Source: Candidatus Krumholzibacteriota bacterium
GTDB taxonomy: Bacteria > Krumholzibacteriota > Krumholzibacteriia > LZORAL124-64-63
Assembly: GCA_022711765.1 (NCBI GenBank)
Contig: JAKLEB010000002.1
Span: 689,726-753,725 of the forward strand
Reading direction: 5' to 3'
DNA length: 64,000 bases
Below are positions 33,270 through 42,643 of the stretch, piece by piece; position 1 is the first letter of the stretch, and each line of letters opens with the position of its first letter. Position numbers and translations under genes: made by a program. The notes under the pieces are model-generated. The model did not search any database. It was not told the DNA's origin and was given only the letters and a program-made list of their open reading frames with translations.

Positions 33270-33493
33270 GGAGAAACATCGGCTAATACGGGCATTCGCC
33301 ATAGGAGGCGAACCTGACATCCTGCATCCTCGGCGGCGATGAGGAACAGGGAACAAGGAAGTAGGGCCGGCGACGTCCGACGGTTGCGGGTTGGCGCGGC
33401 GCTCGCTACCGTCGTCTGTCCGGCGCTGCCCGCCCGTCCTGTCTGGACCGCCTTCCTCCCCGAGGCGGTCGCCGTCGCCGAGGGAGGCCGCCC

Positions 33494-34087
33494 GTGAGAT
33501 TGCTCATGGTCGACAACTACGACAGCTTCACGTACAACGTCGTGCAGGCGTTGAGCGAGCTGGGGGCGGAGGTCGCGGTCCGGCGCAACGACGCGATCAC
33601 GCCCGACGAGGCCGCGGCCCTCGCTACGGCCGGCCTCGTGATCTCGCCCGGTCCCGGCGCGCCCGCCGACGCCGGGGTGTCGGCGGTCCTCATCGAACGC
33701 TTCGCGGGCCGCGTGCCGATCCTCGGCGTCTGCCTCGGCCACCAGGCGATCGTCGAGGTCTTCGGCGGCCGCGTGGCGCGGGCCGACCGCGTGATGCACG
33801 GCAAGACGAGCCCCGTTTACCACGACGGGCGCACGGTCTACGCCGGCCTCGGCAATCCGTTCACCGCGACCCGCTACCACTCCCTGATCGCCCGCGAGCA
33901 GGACGTGCCGGCGAGCCTAGAGATCTCGGCCCGCACCGCCGAGGGCGAGGTCATGGGCGTGCGGCACCGCGTGCTGCCGGTCGAGGGCGTGCAGTTCCAT
34001 CCCGAGTCGGTGATGACCGGGGAAGGTCGACTGCTGTTCGCCAACTGGCTGCGGCTCTGCGGGCTGGCGGCGGAAAGCCGGGCATGA
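33494..34087 (+). CDS. anthranilate/aminodeoxychorismate synthase component II (class-I glutamine amidotransferase)
   Basis: MVDNYDSFTYNVVQ..., catalytic GVCLGHQ and HPES motifs; GTG start with GGGAGG RBS. Confidence 0.85.
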   Translation: MRLLMVDNYDSFTYNVVQALSELGAEVAVRRNDAITPDEAAALATAGLVISPGPGAPADAGVSAVLIERFAGRVPILGVCLGHQAIVEVFGGRVARADRVMHGKTSPVYHDGRTVYAGLGNPFTATRYHSLIAREQDVPASLEISARTAEGEVMGVRHRVLPVEGVQFHPESVMTGEGRLLFANWLRLCGLAAESRA

Positions 34088-34419
34088 CCGGGGCAACGTT
34101 CGCGCTCTCTCGCGGGCGAGCACTGCGACGCCGTCCGGCTCGGCGGCCGAGTCCGTCCTGGCGGCAGGCAGTCGACAGGTGATACTCTGCGAGCGAGGAA
34201 TCCCGACGTTCGCGACGGCGACCTTCGTCCCGCCGGACATCGGCGCGGTTTCGGTCGCCAGGAGCCGGCGCCGCCCGCCGGCGGCGCGCGCTCGTGCGCT
34301 CCCGCCCTCGCGCTGTCAGCGCTGGCCGCAGGTCAGGACGGGATTATGGTGAAGATGCGTCCGGCGCTGGGTCGGCCAACGGCGCACGGGAGGTCCCGAG
34401 GCGGCCTGGAGGTGACGGC

Positions 34420-35739
34420 TTGAGACTGGTCGTGAAGCAGTGCGAACGCCTGGCCGGCGAGCTGAGGATGCCCGGGGACAAGTCGGTGGCGCACCGGGTG
34501 TTGATCCTCGGCGCTCTCGCCGACGGAGCGATGCGGATTCGCGGGTTGCCCCAGGGCGGCGACGTGGCGAGCACCCGGCGTTGCCTCGAGGCGCTCGGCG
34601 CCGGCTTCGTGGCGGAGGCCGGCGGCCTGCGCGTCGTCCCGCCGGACTCCTGGCGGCGCGACGTCCGGCTGGACTGCGGCAACTCGGGCACGACGACCCG
34701 CCTGCTCGCGGGCGTCCTCGCGGGGCTGGGCGTGCCGGCCGTGCTCGACGGCGACGCGTCGCTGCGCCGCCGGCCGATGAGCCGGGTGACGGAGCCGCTG
34801 GCGCGGCTCGGCGCCCGCGTCACGAGCAATCCCGACGGGCTGCTGCCCCTGCGGATCGAAGCCGGCGACGGTCCCCTGCGCGGTGCCCGCATCGACGTCG
34901 CGGTGGCGAGCGCCCAGGTCAAGAGCGCGATCCTCCTGGCGGGGCTCTTCGCCGAGGGCGAGACGACGGTCGTCGAGCCGGCCCCGACTCGCGACCATAC
35001 CGAGCGGCTGCTCGCCGCGATGGGTGCGGACGTGCGGCGCGACGGCCTCGCCATCACCGTGCGCGGCAACGAGTCGGGCGCGAACCTGCGCGGTCTCGAC
35101 CTCGATCTGCCGGGCGACATCTCGACGGCTGCGTTCTTCCTCGTGGCCGCCACCCTCGTCCCCGACGCGCGAGTCACGCTGCGCGGCGTCGGCACGAATC
35201 CCACGCGGACCGGCGTGCTCGACGCGCTCGCGGCGATGGGCGCGCGGATCAAGATCACGGGCAAGCGGGATGCCGGCGGCGAGCCGGTCGCTGACCTGAC
35301 CGTCAAGACCGCGCCCCTGCGGGCGACCACGGTCGAGGGCGCGCTCGTGCCGCGCCTCATCGACGAGCTGCCGGTCCTCGCGGTGCTCGCGACCCAGGCC
35401 TGGGGCACGACCCTGGTGCGCGACGCGGCCGAGCTGCGGCACAAGGAGTCCGACCGCATCGCGACCACCGTGAGCCAGCTCCGGCAACTCGGCGCGGAGA
35501 TCGACGAGCATCGCGACGGTTTCTCGATCCACGGTCCCACCCCGCTGCACGGCGGTGAGGTCACGGCCGACGGCGATCACCGGCTCGCGATGGCGCTCGC
35601 GGTGGCGGGTCTCGTCGCCACCGGCGAGACCGTGATCACGGGCGCGGAGGCAGCCGCGGTCTCGTACCCGGCCTTCTGGGAGGACCTCGCGCAACTCGCC
35701 GGCCCCGGCATCGTGCGGACCCCGGAGACGGCGGCATGA
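34420..35739 (+). CDS. aroA: 3-phosphoshikimate 1-carboxyvinyltransferase (EPSP synthase)
   Basis: MPGDKSVAHRVLILGALADG, LDCGNSGTTTRLLAG, RPM..., LRHKESDRIA motifs. TTG start 5 nt after GGAGGTGA; start uncertain by a few codons. Confidence 0.85.
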   Translation: MRLVVKQCERLAGELRMPGDKSVAHRVLILGALADGAMRIRGLPQGGDVASTRRCLEALGAGFVAEAGGLRVVPPDSWRRDVRLDCGNSGTTTRLLAGVLAGLGVPAVLDGDASLRRRPMSRVTEPLARLGARVTSNPDGLLPLRIEAGDGPLRGARIDVAVASAQVKSAILLAGLFAEGETTVVEPAPTRDHTERLLAAMGADVRRDGLAITVRGNESGANLRGLDLDLPGDISTAAFFLVAATLVPDARVTLRGVGTNPTRTGVLDALAAMGARIKITGKRDAGGEPVADLTVKTAPLRATTVEGALVPRLIDELPVLAVLATQAWGTTLVRDAAELRHKESDRIATTVSQLRQLGAEIDEHRDGFSIHGPTPLHGGEVTADGDHRLAMALAVAGLVATGETVITGAEAAAVSYPAFWEDLAQLAGPGIVRTPETAA

Positions 35740-36596
35740 CCATCGGCGGCGCGACCCGCGTCTTCGGACTCGTCGGCCGGCCCATCGCCCACAGCCTCTC
35801 GCCGCGCCTGATGAACGACGCCTTCGCGCGGCTCGGCCTCGACGCGGTGTACGTCGCGTTCCCTGCGGATCCGGCGCGACCGCGGGAGCTGCTCGCGGGC
35901 CTCGATGCGCTCGGCGTCGCCGGGGCCAACGTCACCTACCCGCTCAAGGCCGCCGTGATGCCCGACCTGGTCGTGGTCGCTCCGGCAGCGCGGGCGATCG
36001 GCGCGGTCAACGTGCTGAGCCGCGAGCCCGCCGGCGGCTTCCGCGGCGAGAACACCGACGGCGGCGGCCTGGTCCTGGCCCTGCGCCAGGCCCTCGGCTG
36101 GGAACCCGGCGGCTGCCGCGTCGCAATCGTCGGCGCGGGTGGCGCGGCGCGGGCCGCGGCCCACGGTCTGTGTGATGCCGGCGTGGCGTCGGTCACGTTT
36201 CTTGCGCGGTCGCCGGAGCGAGCGGCGGCCGATCTCGCGAGCCTTCGCGCGGCCCTGCCCGGCCGGCCGCTGGCGGTCGTGGCGCTCGGCGCCGGGGCCG
36301 CGGCCCTGGCGGACGCGGACCTCGTGGTCCAGGCCACGCCGATCGGCCTCGACGGCCCCGGCGCCGCGCTGCTCGTCGATCCCGACGCGGCGCCGCGCGC
36401 CGTCGGCTTCGAGCTCGTGTACGGTGCGCAGCCCACGTCCTTCGCCGCGGCCTGGCGCCGGGCCGGGCGCGTCTGCCTCGACGGTCGCGACCTCCTTGCC
36501 GCGCAGGCGCACCTGACGCTCCGCGTGTGGCTCGGAATGGCGCCCGATCTCGCGGACATGCGGAAAATCATCGCGGACCGGGAGATCCCGGCATGA
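35736..36596 (+). CDS. aroE: shikimate dehydrogenase
   Basis: [17 protein letters not shown]... and NVTYPLK motifs; ATGA overlap with the aroA stop. Confidence 0.8.
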   Translation: MTIGGATRVFGLVGRPIAHSLSPRLMNDAFARLGLDAVYVAFPADPARPRELLAGLDALGVAGANVTYPLKAAVMPDLVVVAPAARAIGAVNVLSREPAGGFRGENTDGGGLVLALRQALGWEPGGCRVAIVGAGGAARAAAHGLCDAGVASVTFLARSPERAAADLASLRAALPGRPLAVVALGAGAAALADADLVVQATPIGLDGPGAALLVDPDAAPRAVGFELVYGAQPTSFAAAWRRAGRVCLDGRDLLAAQAHLTLRVWLGMAPDLADMRKIIADREIPA

Positions 36597-38260
36597 GCGA
36601 CGCTGCCCGCAACCTCGTCGTCGTGGGCTTCATGGGCACCGGCAAGACCGCCGTGGGGCGCGAGCTGGCCGCGCTCCTGGAACGCCCGTTCATCGACCTC
36701 GACGACGTGATCGCCGAGCGCGCCGGTCGCTCGATCTCCGGGATCTTCGCCGCCGAGGGCGAGGCCGGGTTCCGCGATCGGGAGCGCGCGGCGGTCGCGG
36801 GTTTCGCGGAACCGTGCGGATGCGTGCTCGCCACGGGCGGCGGCGTCCTGCTCGACCCGCGCAACCGCGACCTGCTCGCCGCCGGCGGCGACCTCGTGCT
36901 GCTTCGCGCCGCCCCGGCGGTGCTCGCCGAGCGGCTCGCCGCCGACCGCGACCGCCCGCTCCTGCGCGGCGCGACCGACCTGCGCGCGCGCATCGAGGAC
37001 CTGCTCGCCGCCCGCGAGCGGGCGTACACGGGCTGCCCGTATACGCTCGACACGAGCGAGCTCGCGCCGAACGAGGCCGCGGTTCGCATCGCGGCGATGG
37101 TGCCGCTCGGACTCGGCGAGCGCGCCATCCCGATTCCCGGCGCGGCCGGTCATCCCGCGCTCGCGGCGCGCGACCTCGACGCGACGCGCGTGATCACCGG
37201 CCGGGGCGCGGCCTGCCGGCTCGGCCTCGACCTGCGGCGCTGCGGGGTCGAGGGTCGCGTGGTCGTGATGCTGCCGGAGGTCGTCCGGCGTCACTACCAG
37301 CCGCGCCTCGGCGCGTCCCTCGCGGCGGCGGGCCTGCCGTGGGCCGCCGTCACGGTCCGCGACGGCGACGCCGAGAAGACCTTCGCGCAGGTCGCGGAGC
37401 TGGTCGAGGAACTCGCGGCTCTCGGCGCCGATCGAGGGACCTGCGTCGTCGCCGCGGGCGGCGGCGTCACGGGCGACCTCGTCGGCTTCGCCGCCGCGGT
37501 CTACATGCGCGGCATCACGCTCGCGATGGTGCCGACCACGCTGCTCGCGATGGTCGACGCGCACCTCGGCGGCAAGACCGGGGTGAACGGCGCGCGCGTC
37601 AAGAACCTGGCCGGGGCGTTCCACCCGCCGGTGCTCGTCGCGGCCGATCCGAGCGTGCTCGCGACCCTGCCCGACCGCGAGCTGGCGAACGGCTACGCCG
37701 AGGTCGTGAAGACGGCGCTGATCGGCGATCCCGCCCTCTTCGCGCGCCTCGAGAGCGAGCTGGCGGGGGAGAGGGCGGGCGCGGTCGACCCGCGTCGCGC
37801 GCCCGCGCTGCTCGAGGCCTGCGTCGCGGCCTGCGCGGCGGTCAAGGGCGGCATCGTGGGTCGCGACCCCTGGGAGCTGGGCGAGCGACGGCTTCTGAAC
37901 CTCGGCCACACGCTCGGCCACGCCCTCGAGGCGCAGAGCGAGTTCGGATTGAGCCACGGCGAGGCGGTGTCGCTCGGGCTGGTGGCCGCGCTGCGGCTCG
38001 CCGTGGAGCGCGGCGCGGCCGCGCCCGAGTTGCTCGCCCGGACGCGGCGGGTGCTGCGCGCCTGCGGCCTGCCGACCGTGATCCCGGCCTTCGACCCCGT
38101 CGACCTTCGCGCCCGCCTGCGCCTCGACAAGAAGAACCGCGACGGCCGGCTGCGCTTCGTGATGCCGCTGGACGTCGGCCGGGTCACGGTCGCCGCGGAC
38201 GTCTCGGAGGACGAGGCGCTCGCGGCCCTCGCGAAGGAGCAGGCATGCGCATCCTCGTGA
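36593..38260 (+). CDS. aroKB: bifunctional shikimate kinase / 3-dehydroquinate synthase (AroK-AroB fusion)
   Basis: N-terminal P-loop [14 protein letters not shown] (AroK, about 170 aa), then AroB core ([20 protein letters not shown]..., HTLGHALE). ATGA overlap with aroE. Confidence 0.8.
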   Translation: MSDAARNLVVVGFMGTGKTAVGRELAALLERPFIDLDDVIAERAGRSISGIFAAEGEAGFRDRERAAVAGFAEPCGCVLATGGGVLLDPRNRDLLAAGGDLVLLRAAPAVLAERLAADRDRPLLRGATDLRARIEDLLAARERAYTGCPYTLDTSELAPNEAAVRIAAMVPLGLGERAIPIPGAAGHPALAARDLDATRVITGRGAACRLGLDLRRCGVEGRVVVMLPEVVRRHYQPRLGASLAAAGLPWAAVTVRDGDAEKTFAQVAELVEELAALGADRGTCVVAAGGGVTGDLVGFAAAVYMRGITLAMVPTTLLAMVDAHLGGKTGVNGARVKNLAGAFHPPVLVAADPSVLATLPDRELANGYAEVVKTALIGDPALFARLESELAGERAGAVDPRRAPALLEACVAACAAVKGGIVGRDPWELGERRLLNLGHTLGHALEAQSEFGLSHGEAVSLGLVAALRLAVERGAAAPELLARTRRVLRACGLPTVIPAFDPVDLRARLRLDKKNRDGRLRFVMPLDVGRVTVAADVSEDEALAALAKEQACASS

Positions 38261-38703
38261 TCCATGGCCCCAACCTCAACCTGCTCGGCCGTCGCGAGCC
38301 CGCGATCTACGGCTACGACACCCTCGCCGACATCGAAGTGCGCCTGCGGGCGCGCGCCGGCGAGCTCGCGGTCGACCTCGATACCTTCCAGAGCAACCAC
38401 GAGGGCGCGATCGTGGACCGGATCCAGGCGGCCGTGCTCGCCGAGCCGCACGCCGACGGTCTCGTGATCAACCCGGCTGCGTACACGCACACCAGCGTCG
38501 CGATCCGCGACGCGATCGCCGCCGTCGCGCTCCCGGCGTGGGAGGTCCACCTCTCCGACCCCGCGACGCGCGAGGGCTTCCGTCGCGTCTCGTACGTGCG
38601 CGACGTCTGCGTCGGCCACACCGCCGGTCGCGGCGCCGACGGTTACCTCGAAGCGCTCGCGGGTCTCGTCGAGCACCTGCGCGGCCCGGGCGCCCGAACC
38701 TGA
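38245..38703 (+). CDS. aroQ: type II 3-dehydroquinate dehydratase
   Basis: [23 protein letters not shown]... hallmark N-terminus; 152 aa; overlaps the end of aroKB. Confidence 0.85.
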   Translation: MRILVIHGPNLNLLGRREPAIYGYDTLADIEVRLRARAGELAVDLDTFQSNHEGAIVDRIQAAVLAEPHADGLVINPAAYTHTSVAIRDAIAAVALPAWEVHLSDPATREGFRRVSYVRDVCVGHTAGRGADGYLEALAGLVEHLRGPGART

Positions 38704-38714
38704 AGGAGTCCGCC

Positions 38715-39812
38715 GTGTCCAGCTCGTTCGGTACGCTCTTCCGCGTGACCACCTTCGGCGAGAGCCACGGCGCTGGACTCGGCGCGGTGGTCGACGGCTG
38801 TCCGCCGCGGCTGGCGCTCGCGGCCGCCGACATCCAGGCCGCGCTCGACCGCCGCCGCCCCGGCCAGAGCGACCTCACGACGCCGCGCCAGGAGACCGAC
38901 CGGGTCGAGATCCTCTCGGGCGTCCAGGACGGCGTCACCCTCGGCACGCCGATCGGCCTCATCGTGCGCAACGCCGATCAGCGGCCCGGCGACTACGGGA
39001 ACCTCGACACGGTGCCGCGCCCCAGCCACGCCGACTTCACCTACCAGGCGAAGTATGGTCTGCGCGCCCGCAGCGGCGGCGGCCGGGCCAGCGCGCGCGA
39101 GACGGCGATGCGCGTGGCGGCGGGCGCGATCGCGGCGAAGCTGCTGCGCGTACGGTGGAACGTGGAGATCGTCGCCTGGGTGGACGCGGTCGGCGACGTC
39201 GCGCCCGCGGCGGTCGACCCCGAATCGGTGACCGTCGCCGCGGTCGATGGGAATCCGGTGCGCTGTCCGGACCTCGCGGCGGCCGAGCGATTCACCGCGG
39301 CGATCGTCGCGGCGAAGGCGGACGCGGACTCGGTGGGCGGCGTCGTCGCCTGCGTCGCGCGCGGCGTGCCAGCCGGCTGGGGCGAACCCGTCTTCGGCAA
39401 GTGCGAAGCGCAGCTCGCCGGCGCGATGCTGTCGATCCCGGCGACCAAGGGCTTCGAGGTCGGCAGCGGGTTTGCGGGCGCGCGCCTGCGCGGCAGCGCG
39501 CACAACGACGCATTCGTGGCGCGCGCGGACGGTACTCTCGGCACGGCCACGAATCGCAGTGGCGGCATCCAGGGCGGGATCACCAACAGCGAGCCGATCG
39601 TCTTCAGGATCGCGTTCAAGCCGCCGGCCACGATCGGCCGCGAGCAGGTGACCGCCGACTACGCCGGCCGGCCGGTGACCCTCGCCGCGCGGGGTCGCCA
39701 CGACCCGTGCGTGGTGCCGCGCGCCGTGCCGATCGTCGAGGCGATGGCGGCGCTGGTGCTGGCGGACCTGGCGATGATCCAGGCGGCCCGGGAGGCGGCG
39801 GCGCCGCGGTGA
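38715..39812 (+). CDS. aroC: chorismate synthase
   Basis: [15 protein letters not shown]..., GGRSSARETA and [13 protein letters not shown] motifs; GTG start 6 nt after GAAGGAG. Confidence 0.9.
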   Translation: MSSSFGTLFRVTTFGESHGAGLGAVVDGCPPRLALAAADIQAALDRRRPGQSDLTTPRQETDRVEILSGVQDGVTLGTPIGLIVRNADQRPGDYGNLDTVPRPSHADFTYQAKYGLRARSGGGRASARETAMRVAAGAIAAKLLRVRWNVEIVAWVDAVGDVAPAAVDPESVTVAAVDGNPVRCPDLAAAERFTAAIVAAKADADSVGGVVACVARGVPAGWGEPVFGKCEAQLAGAMLSIPATKGFEVGSGFAGARLRGSAHNDAFVARADGTLGTATNRSGGIQGGITNSEPIVFRIAFKPPATIGREQVTADYAGRPVTLAARGRHDPCVVPRAVPIVEAMAALVLADLAMIQAAREAAAPR

Positions 39813-39890
39813 AAGCGACCTCGCCGGCGACCAGCCGGTCGCCATCGTCGGGACCACCGGCCACGATCATCGCGGAGCGATGGTCTGCGA

Positions 39891-40529
39891 TCAGGGACCG
39901 CGGCGACGCTGATAGTGCCGGCGAGCCTTGGCGCGGTTGCCGCAACTCGCCATGGAGCACCAGCGGCGCGAGCGGTTGCGGCTCGTGTCGATGAACAGCC
40001 AGGTACAGCCGTCGGCGTCGCATTCGCGCACGCGGGCCCGGCGCTCGCCGGTCAACAACTCGGCGGCCGACCGCACGATCGGCGCCAGCGGCCGATCCAG
40101 GTCTCCGGGCGCGGCATCGTTCCAGTGCCAGGCGAACGCACCATCCTCGGGCGCGATGCGCAGCCGCGCCAGGGCGGGGCCGAGCGCCTCGTTGAGCCGT
40201 GCCAGGTCCGCTGCCGCGATGGGACGACCGGCGGCCAGGTTCGAGAACAGGCGGTAGAGGACGTCGCGCAGCCCGCGCGCTCGCGCCAGCGCGCGGTAGG
40301 CGCCGGCCGGGTCGCCCGCCGCGAGGTCGCGGAGTCCCTCTCCCGCCTGCCGGCCGACAGCCTCGGACTGGACCGCGAAGGCGACGAGCTGGTCGTACGA
40401 CGCCAGCCGGTCGGTCTCGGGCCGGCCGCGATCACTCCAGGTATTCGCGAAGTCGAGGCACAGCGAGCCGCTGGACAGATCGAAGGGCTCCTGGGGCGGA
40501 TTCGGATCGGTGACGCTCATGGTCACCAT
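39891..40529 (-). CDS. ABATE-domain / CGNR zinc-finger putative regulator
   Basis: C-terminus CDADGCTWLFIDTSRNRSRRWCSMASCGNRAKARRHYQR is the CGNR zinc-finger signature. Start at 40529 or 40520. Confidence 0.75.
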   Translation of the reverse strand: MVTMSVTDPNPPQEPFDLSSGSLCLDFANTWSDRGRPETDRLASYDQLVAFAVQSEAVGRQAGEGLRDLAAGDPAGAYRALARARGLRDVLYRLFSNLAAGRPIAAADLARLNEALGPALARLRIAPEDGAFAWHWNDAAPGDLDRPLAPIVRSAAELLTGERRARVRECDADGCTWLFIDTSRNRSRRWCSMASCGNRAKARRHYQRRRGP

Positions 40530-40549
40530 GATAACCCATAAAAGGCCGG

Positions 40550-40578
40550 TTGACAGGTTAGAATATTCGGACTATACT
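40550..40578 (+). promoter_or_regulatory. near-consensus sigma70 promoter (TTGACA-17-TATACT) embedded in GGTTAG/CTAACC repeats
   Basis: TTGACA 40550-40555 and TATACT 40573-40578. GGTTAG copies at 40556, 40593, 40601 and CTAACC at 40576. About 75 nt upstream of the 40655 start. Confidence 0.5.
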
Positions 40579-40654
40579 AACCCCATTATATAGGTTAGAG
40601 GGTTAGGCGGTGTGAACTCGACCGACCGGCGCGCGCGAGCGCGGGAGGCAAGGC

Positions 40655-41629
40655 ATGACCACTCTCGAAATTCACGCCCGCGAGCACTTGCTCGCCCGCC
40701 GCGCGCAACTCGTCGACCTGACGCGGTCGCGTCGCGAAGAGAGCCTCATCGACCTGCTCCGGCGGGTCGACGCCGCTCTCGGCGCGCTGGACGTCGGCGA
40801 GTGGGGAAAATGCTCGGTGTGCCACGACCCGATCTCGCCCGCGCGGCTGGCGAACGATCCGCTGGTCACCGTCTGCCTGGAATGCCTCTCCGAGGACGAT
40901 CGCCGCGCGCTCGAGCGCGACCTCGAGGCGGCCGCGCGCGTGCAGCGAACGCTGCTGCCGGCGCCGCTCCTGCGCCGCGACGGCTGGGAGGTCGCGTTCG
41001 CCTGGGACCCCCACGGCGTGGTGTCCGGCGATCACGTGGATATCCTGCAGCCGCGCGGCGACGGAATGCCCCTGCACCTGCTGCTCGGCGACGTCGCCGG
41101 CAAGGGGGTGGCGGCGTCCTACCTTCAGTCGCACCTGCATGCCCTCGTCCGCGTCGTCGCCGCGGCCGAATGTTCGGTCGCCGAGCTGCTCGCGCGCACG
41201 AACCGCTTCTTCTGCGAGGCGACGCCGGCGGCCAACTACGCGACCCTGGTCGTGCTGAGGCTCCATCCCGACGGGCGGGTCGAATTCGGCAACGCCGGCC
41301 ACCCGCGGCCGCTGCTCGCCGATGCGCGGGGGGTGCGGCCGGTCGAGGGCGCCGGGGTGCCGCTCGGGCTCTTCTGCGAGTCGACCTACGAGGTCCGGGA
41401 CCTCCAGCTGAAGGCCGGTGAGACCCTGCTGCTCTACACCGACGGGTGGACGGAGCCGGAGCGCGACGGCAAGGAGTACGGAGCCGGCCGGGCGGCCGCC
41501 GTCCTGAGCCGCGCGCGGGACCTGCTCTTGCCGGACCTGATCGCCGCCTGCCGGGACGACCTCGCGGAGTTCCTGCGCGGCGTCCCGCGCGACGACGACC
41601 TGACCCTCCTCGCGGCTCGGCGGGTCTGA
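40655..41629 (+). CDS. DksA/TraR-type C4 zinc finger fused to PP2C/SpoIIE-family protein phosphatase domain
   Basis: CSVCHDPIS...CLEC zinc finger (res. 54-77), then LHLLLGDVAGKGVAASYL..., VVLRLHPDGRVEFGNAGHPRP, LYTDGWTEPE PP2C motifs. Confidence 0.75.
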   Translation: MTTLEIHAREHLLARRAQLVDLTRSRREESLIDLLRRVDAALGALDVGEWGKCSVCHDPISPARLANDPLVTVCLECLSEDDRRALERDLEAAARVQRTLLPAPLLRRDGWEVAFAWDPHGVVSGDHVDILQPRGDGMPLHLLLGDVAGKGVAASYLQSHLHALVRVVAAAECSVAELLARTNRFFCEATPAANYATLVVLRLHPDGRVEFGNAGHPRPLLADARGVRPVEGAGVPLGLFCESTYEVRDLQLKAGETLLLYTDGWTEPERDGKEYGAGRAAAVLSRARDLLLPDLIAACRDDLAEFLRGVPRDDDLTLLAARRV

Positions 41630-41672
41630 GCGGTCGCTGGCGCGGATCGGGCGCGTGCCGGGCGGTGCGCCG

Positions 41673-42452
41673 TCAACTCCGCAGTTCGCCCGCGAGCCAG
41701 GTCACCGCTTCCCCGGCCACGAGCACGCGGTCGCCCGCGAGCTTGCACCGCAGCTCGCCGCCGCGCGTCGAGACCTGGCGCGCCGCGAGCTCGACGCGTC
41801 CCAGCCTCGCCGCCCACCACGGCACCAGCGTGCAGTGCGCCGATCCGGTCACCGGGTCCTCGTCGATCCCCGCGCGCGGCGTGAAGTACCGCGAGACGAA
41901 GTCGACGTCGCCGCCGCGCGCCGTGACGCAGACCCCGGCATCGTCGAGACGGGCGATCGCCGCGAAATCCGGCCGCAGCGCGCGCACGGCGCCCTCGTCG
42001 CCGAGTTCGACGAGCAGGTCCCGACCGCGCGCAACCGCGAGCGGTTCGGCGCCGAGCGCCGCGGCGAGCCCCCGCGGCTCGGCGCACGCCGAGGCCGGGC
42101 ACGACGGCAGATCGAGCACGAGCCGCGGCTCGTCCCGCGTCACCTCGAGCCGTCCGCTCTGCGTGTGGAACACCAGGCTCTCCGCCGACACGCCGCGCTC
42201 GCGCCACAGCACGTGGGCCGAGGCGAGCGTCGCGTGCCCGCAGAGGTCGACCTCGACGGCTGGCGTGAACCAGCGCAGGTTCCAGGCGCCGTCGGACCGC
42301 GGCACGAGGAACGCCGTCTCGGACAGGCCGACCTCGCCGGCGATCCCCTGCAGGCGAGCGTCCGGCAGCCAGGCGTCAAGCAGGCACACGCCCGCAGGAT
42401 TGCCGCCGTGCGGGTCACGGGTGAAGGCCTGGACCTGGTAGTAGGAAATCAC
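41673..42452 (-). CDS. PhzF-family (phenazine-biosynthesis-like) isomerase
   Basis: MISYYQVQAFTRDPHGGNPAGVCLL...FLVPRSDGAWNLRWFTPAVEVDLCGHATLASAHVL matches the PhzF/YddE fold family. Confidence 0.75.
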   Translation of the reverse strand: MISYYQVQAFTRDPHGGNPAGVCLLDAWLPDARLQGIAGEVGLSETAFLVPRSDGAWNLRWFTPAVEVDLCGHATLASAHVLWRERGVSAESLVFHTQSGRLEVTRDEPRLVLDLPSCPASACAEPRGLAAALGAEPLAVARGRDLLVELGDEGAVRALRPDFAAIARLDDAGVCVTARGGDVDFVSRYFTPRAGIDEDPVTGSAHCTLVPWWAARLGRVELAARQVSTRGGELRCKLAGDRVLVAGEAVTWLAGELRS

Positions 42453-42626
42453 AGGGAACCTCCTCGCGATGAATTCAGGCGGGTAGAGCGAGCAGCCAGT
42501 GCGCGGCCGGGAGCGTCAGTGGTGCTGGCGGTCGAGGCGCGGGCCATGGTCGGTCTCCGGGAAAGAGGAGTGTAACGACGCGATTGCCACAATTAACTTG
42601 ACGGGTACAATCGATGCAATTTAATT

Positions 42627-42643
42627 ATTGTCACTATGACAAT
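42627..42643 (+). promoter_or_regulatory. perfect 7-bp inverted repeat ATTGTCA-cta-TGACAAT spanning the start codon of the MocR-family regulator (candidate autoregulatory operator)
   Basis: attgtcactatgacaat; the ATG of MTIWRP lies at 42636-42638 inside the palindrome. Confidence 0.45.

Larger units (their letters stand above)
29088..33300. other. compositionally atypical (about 50% GC against about 70% background) segment carrying one giant secreted protease-like gene; putative horizontally acquired islet
   Basis: Abrupt drop in GC and in GC3 codon bias across the intergenic region 29088-29750 and the whole 29751-33269 ORF. Host-like composition resumes at trpG. No integrase or tRNA seen. 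Confidence 0.6.

Noticed and set aside
33270-33493. Possible trp-type leader peptide/attenuator before trpG
   Set aside because: The only short ORF (MRNREQGS) has no Trp codons and no convincing terminator/antiterminator pair.
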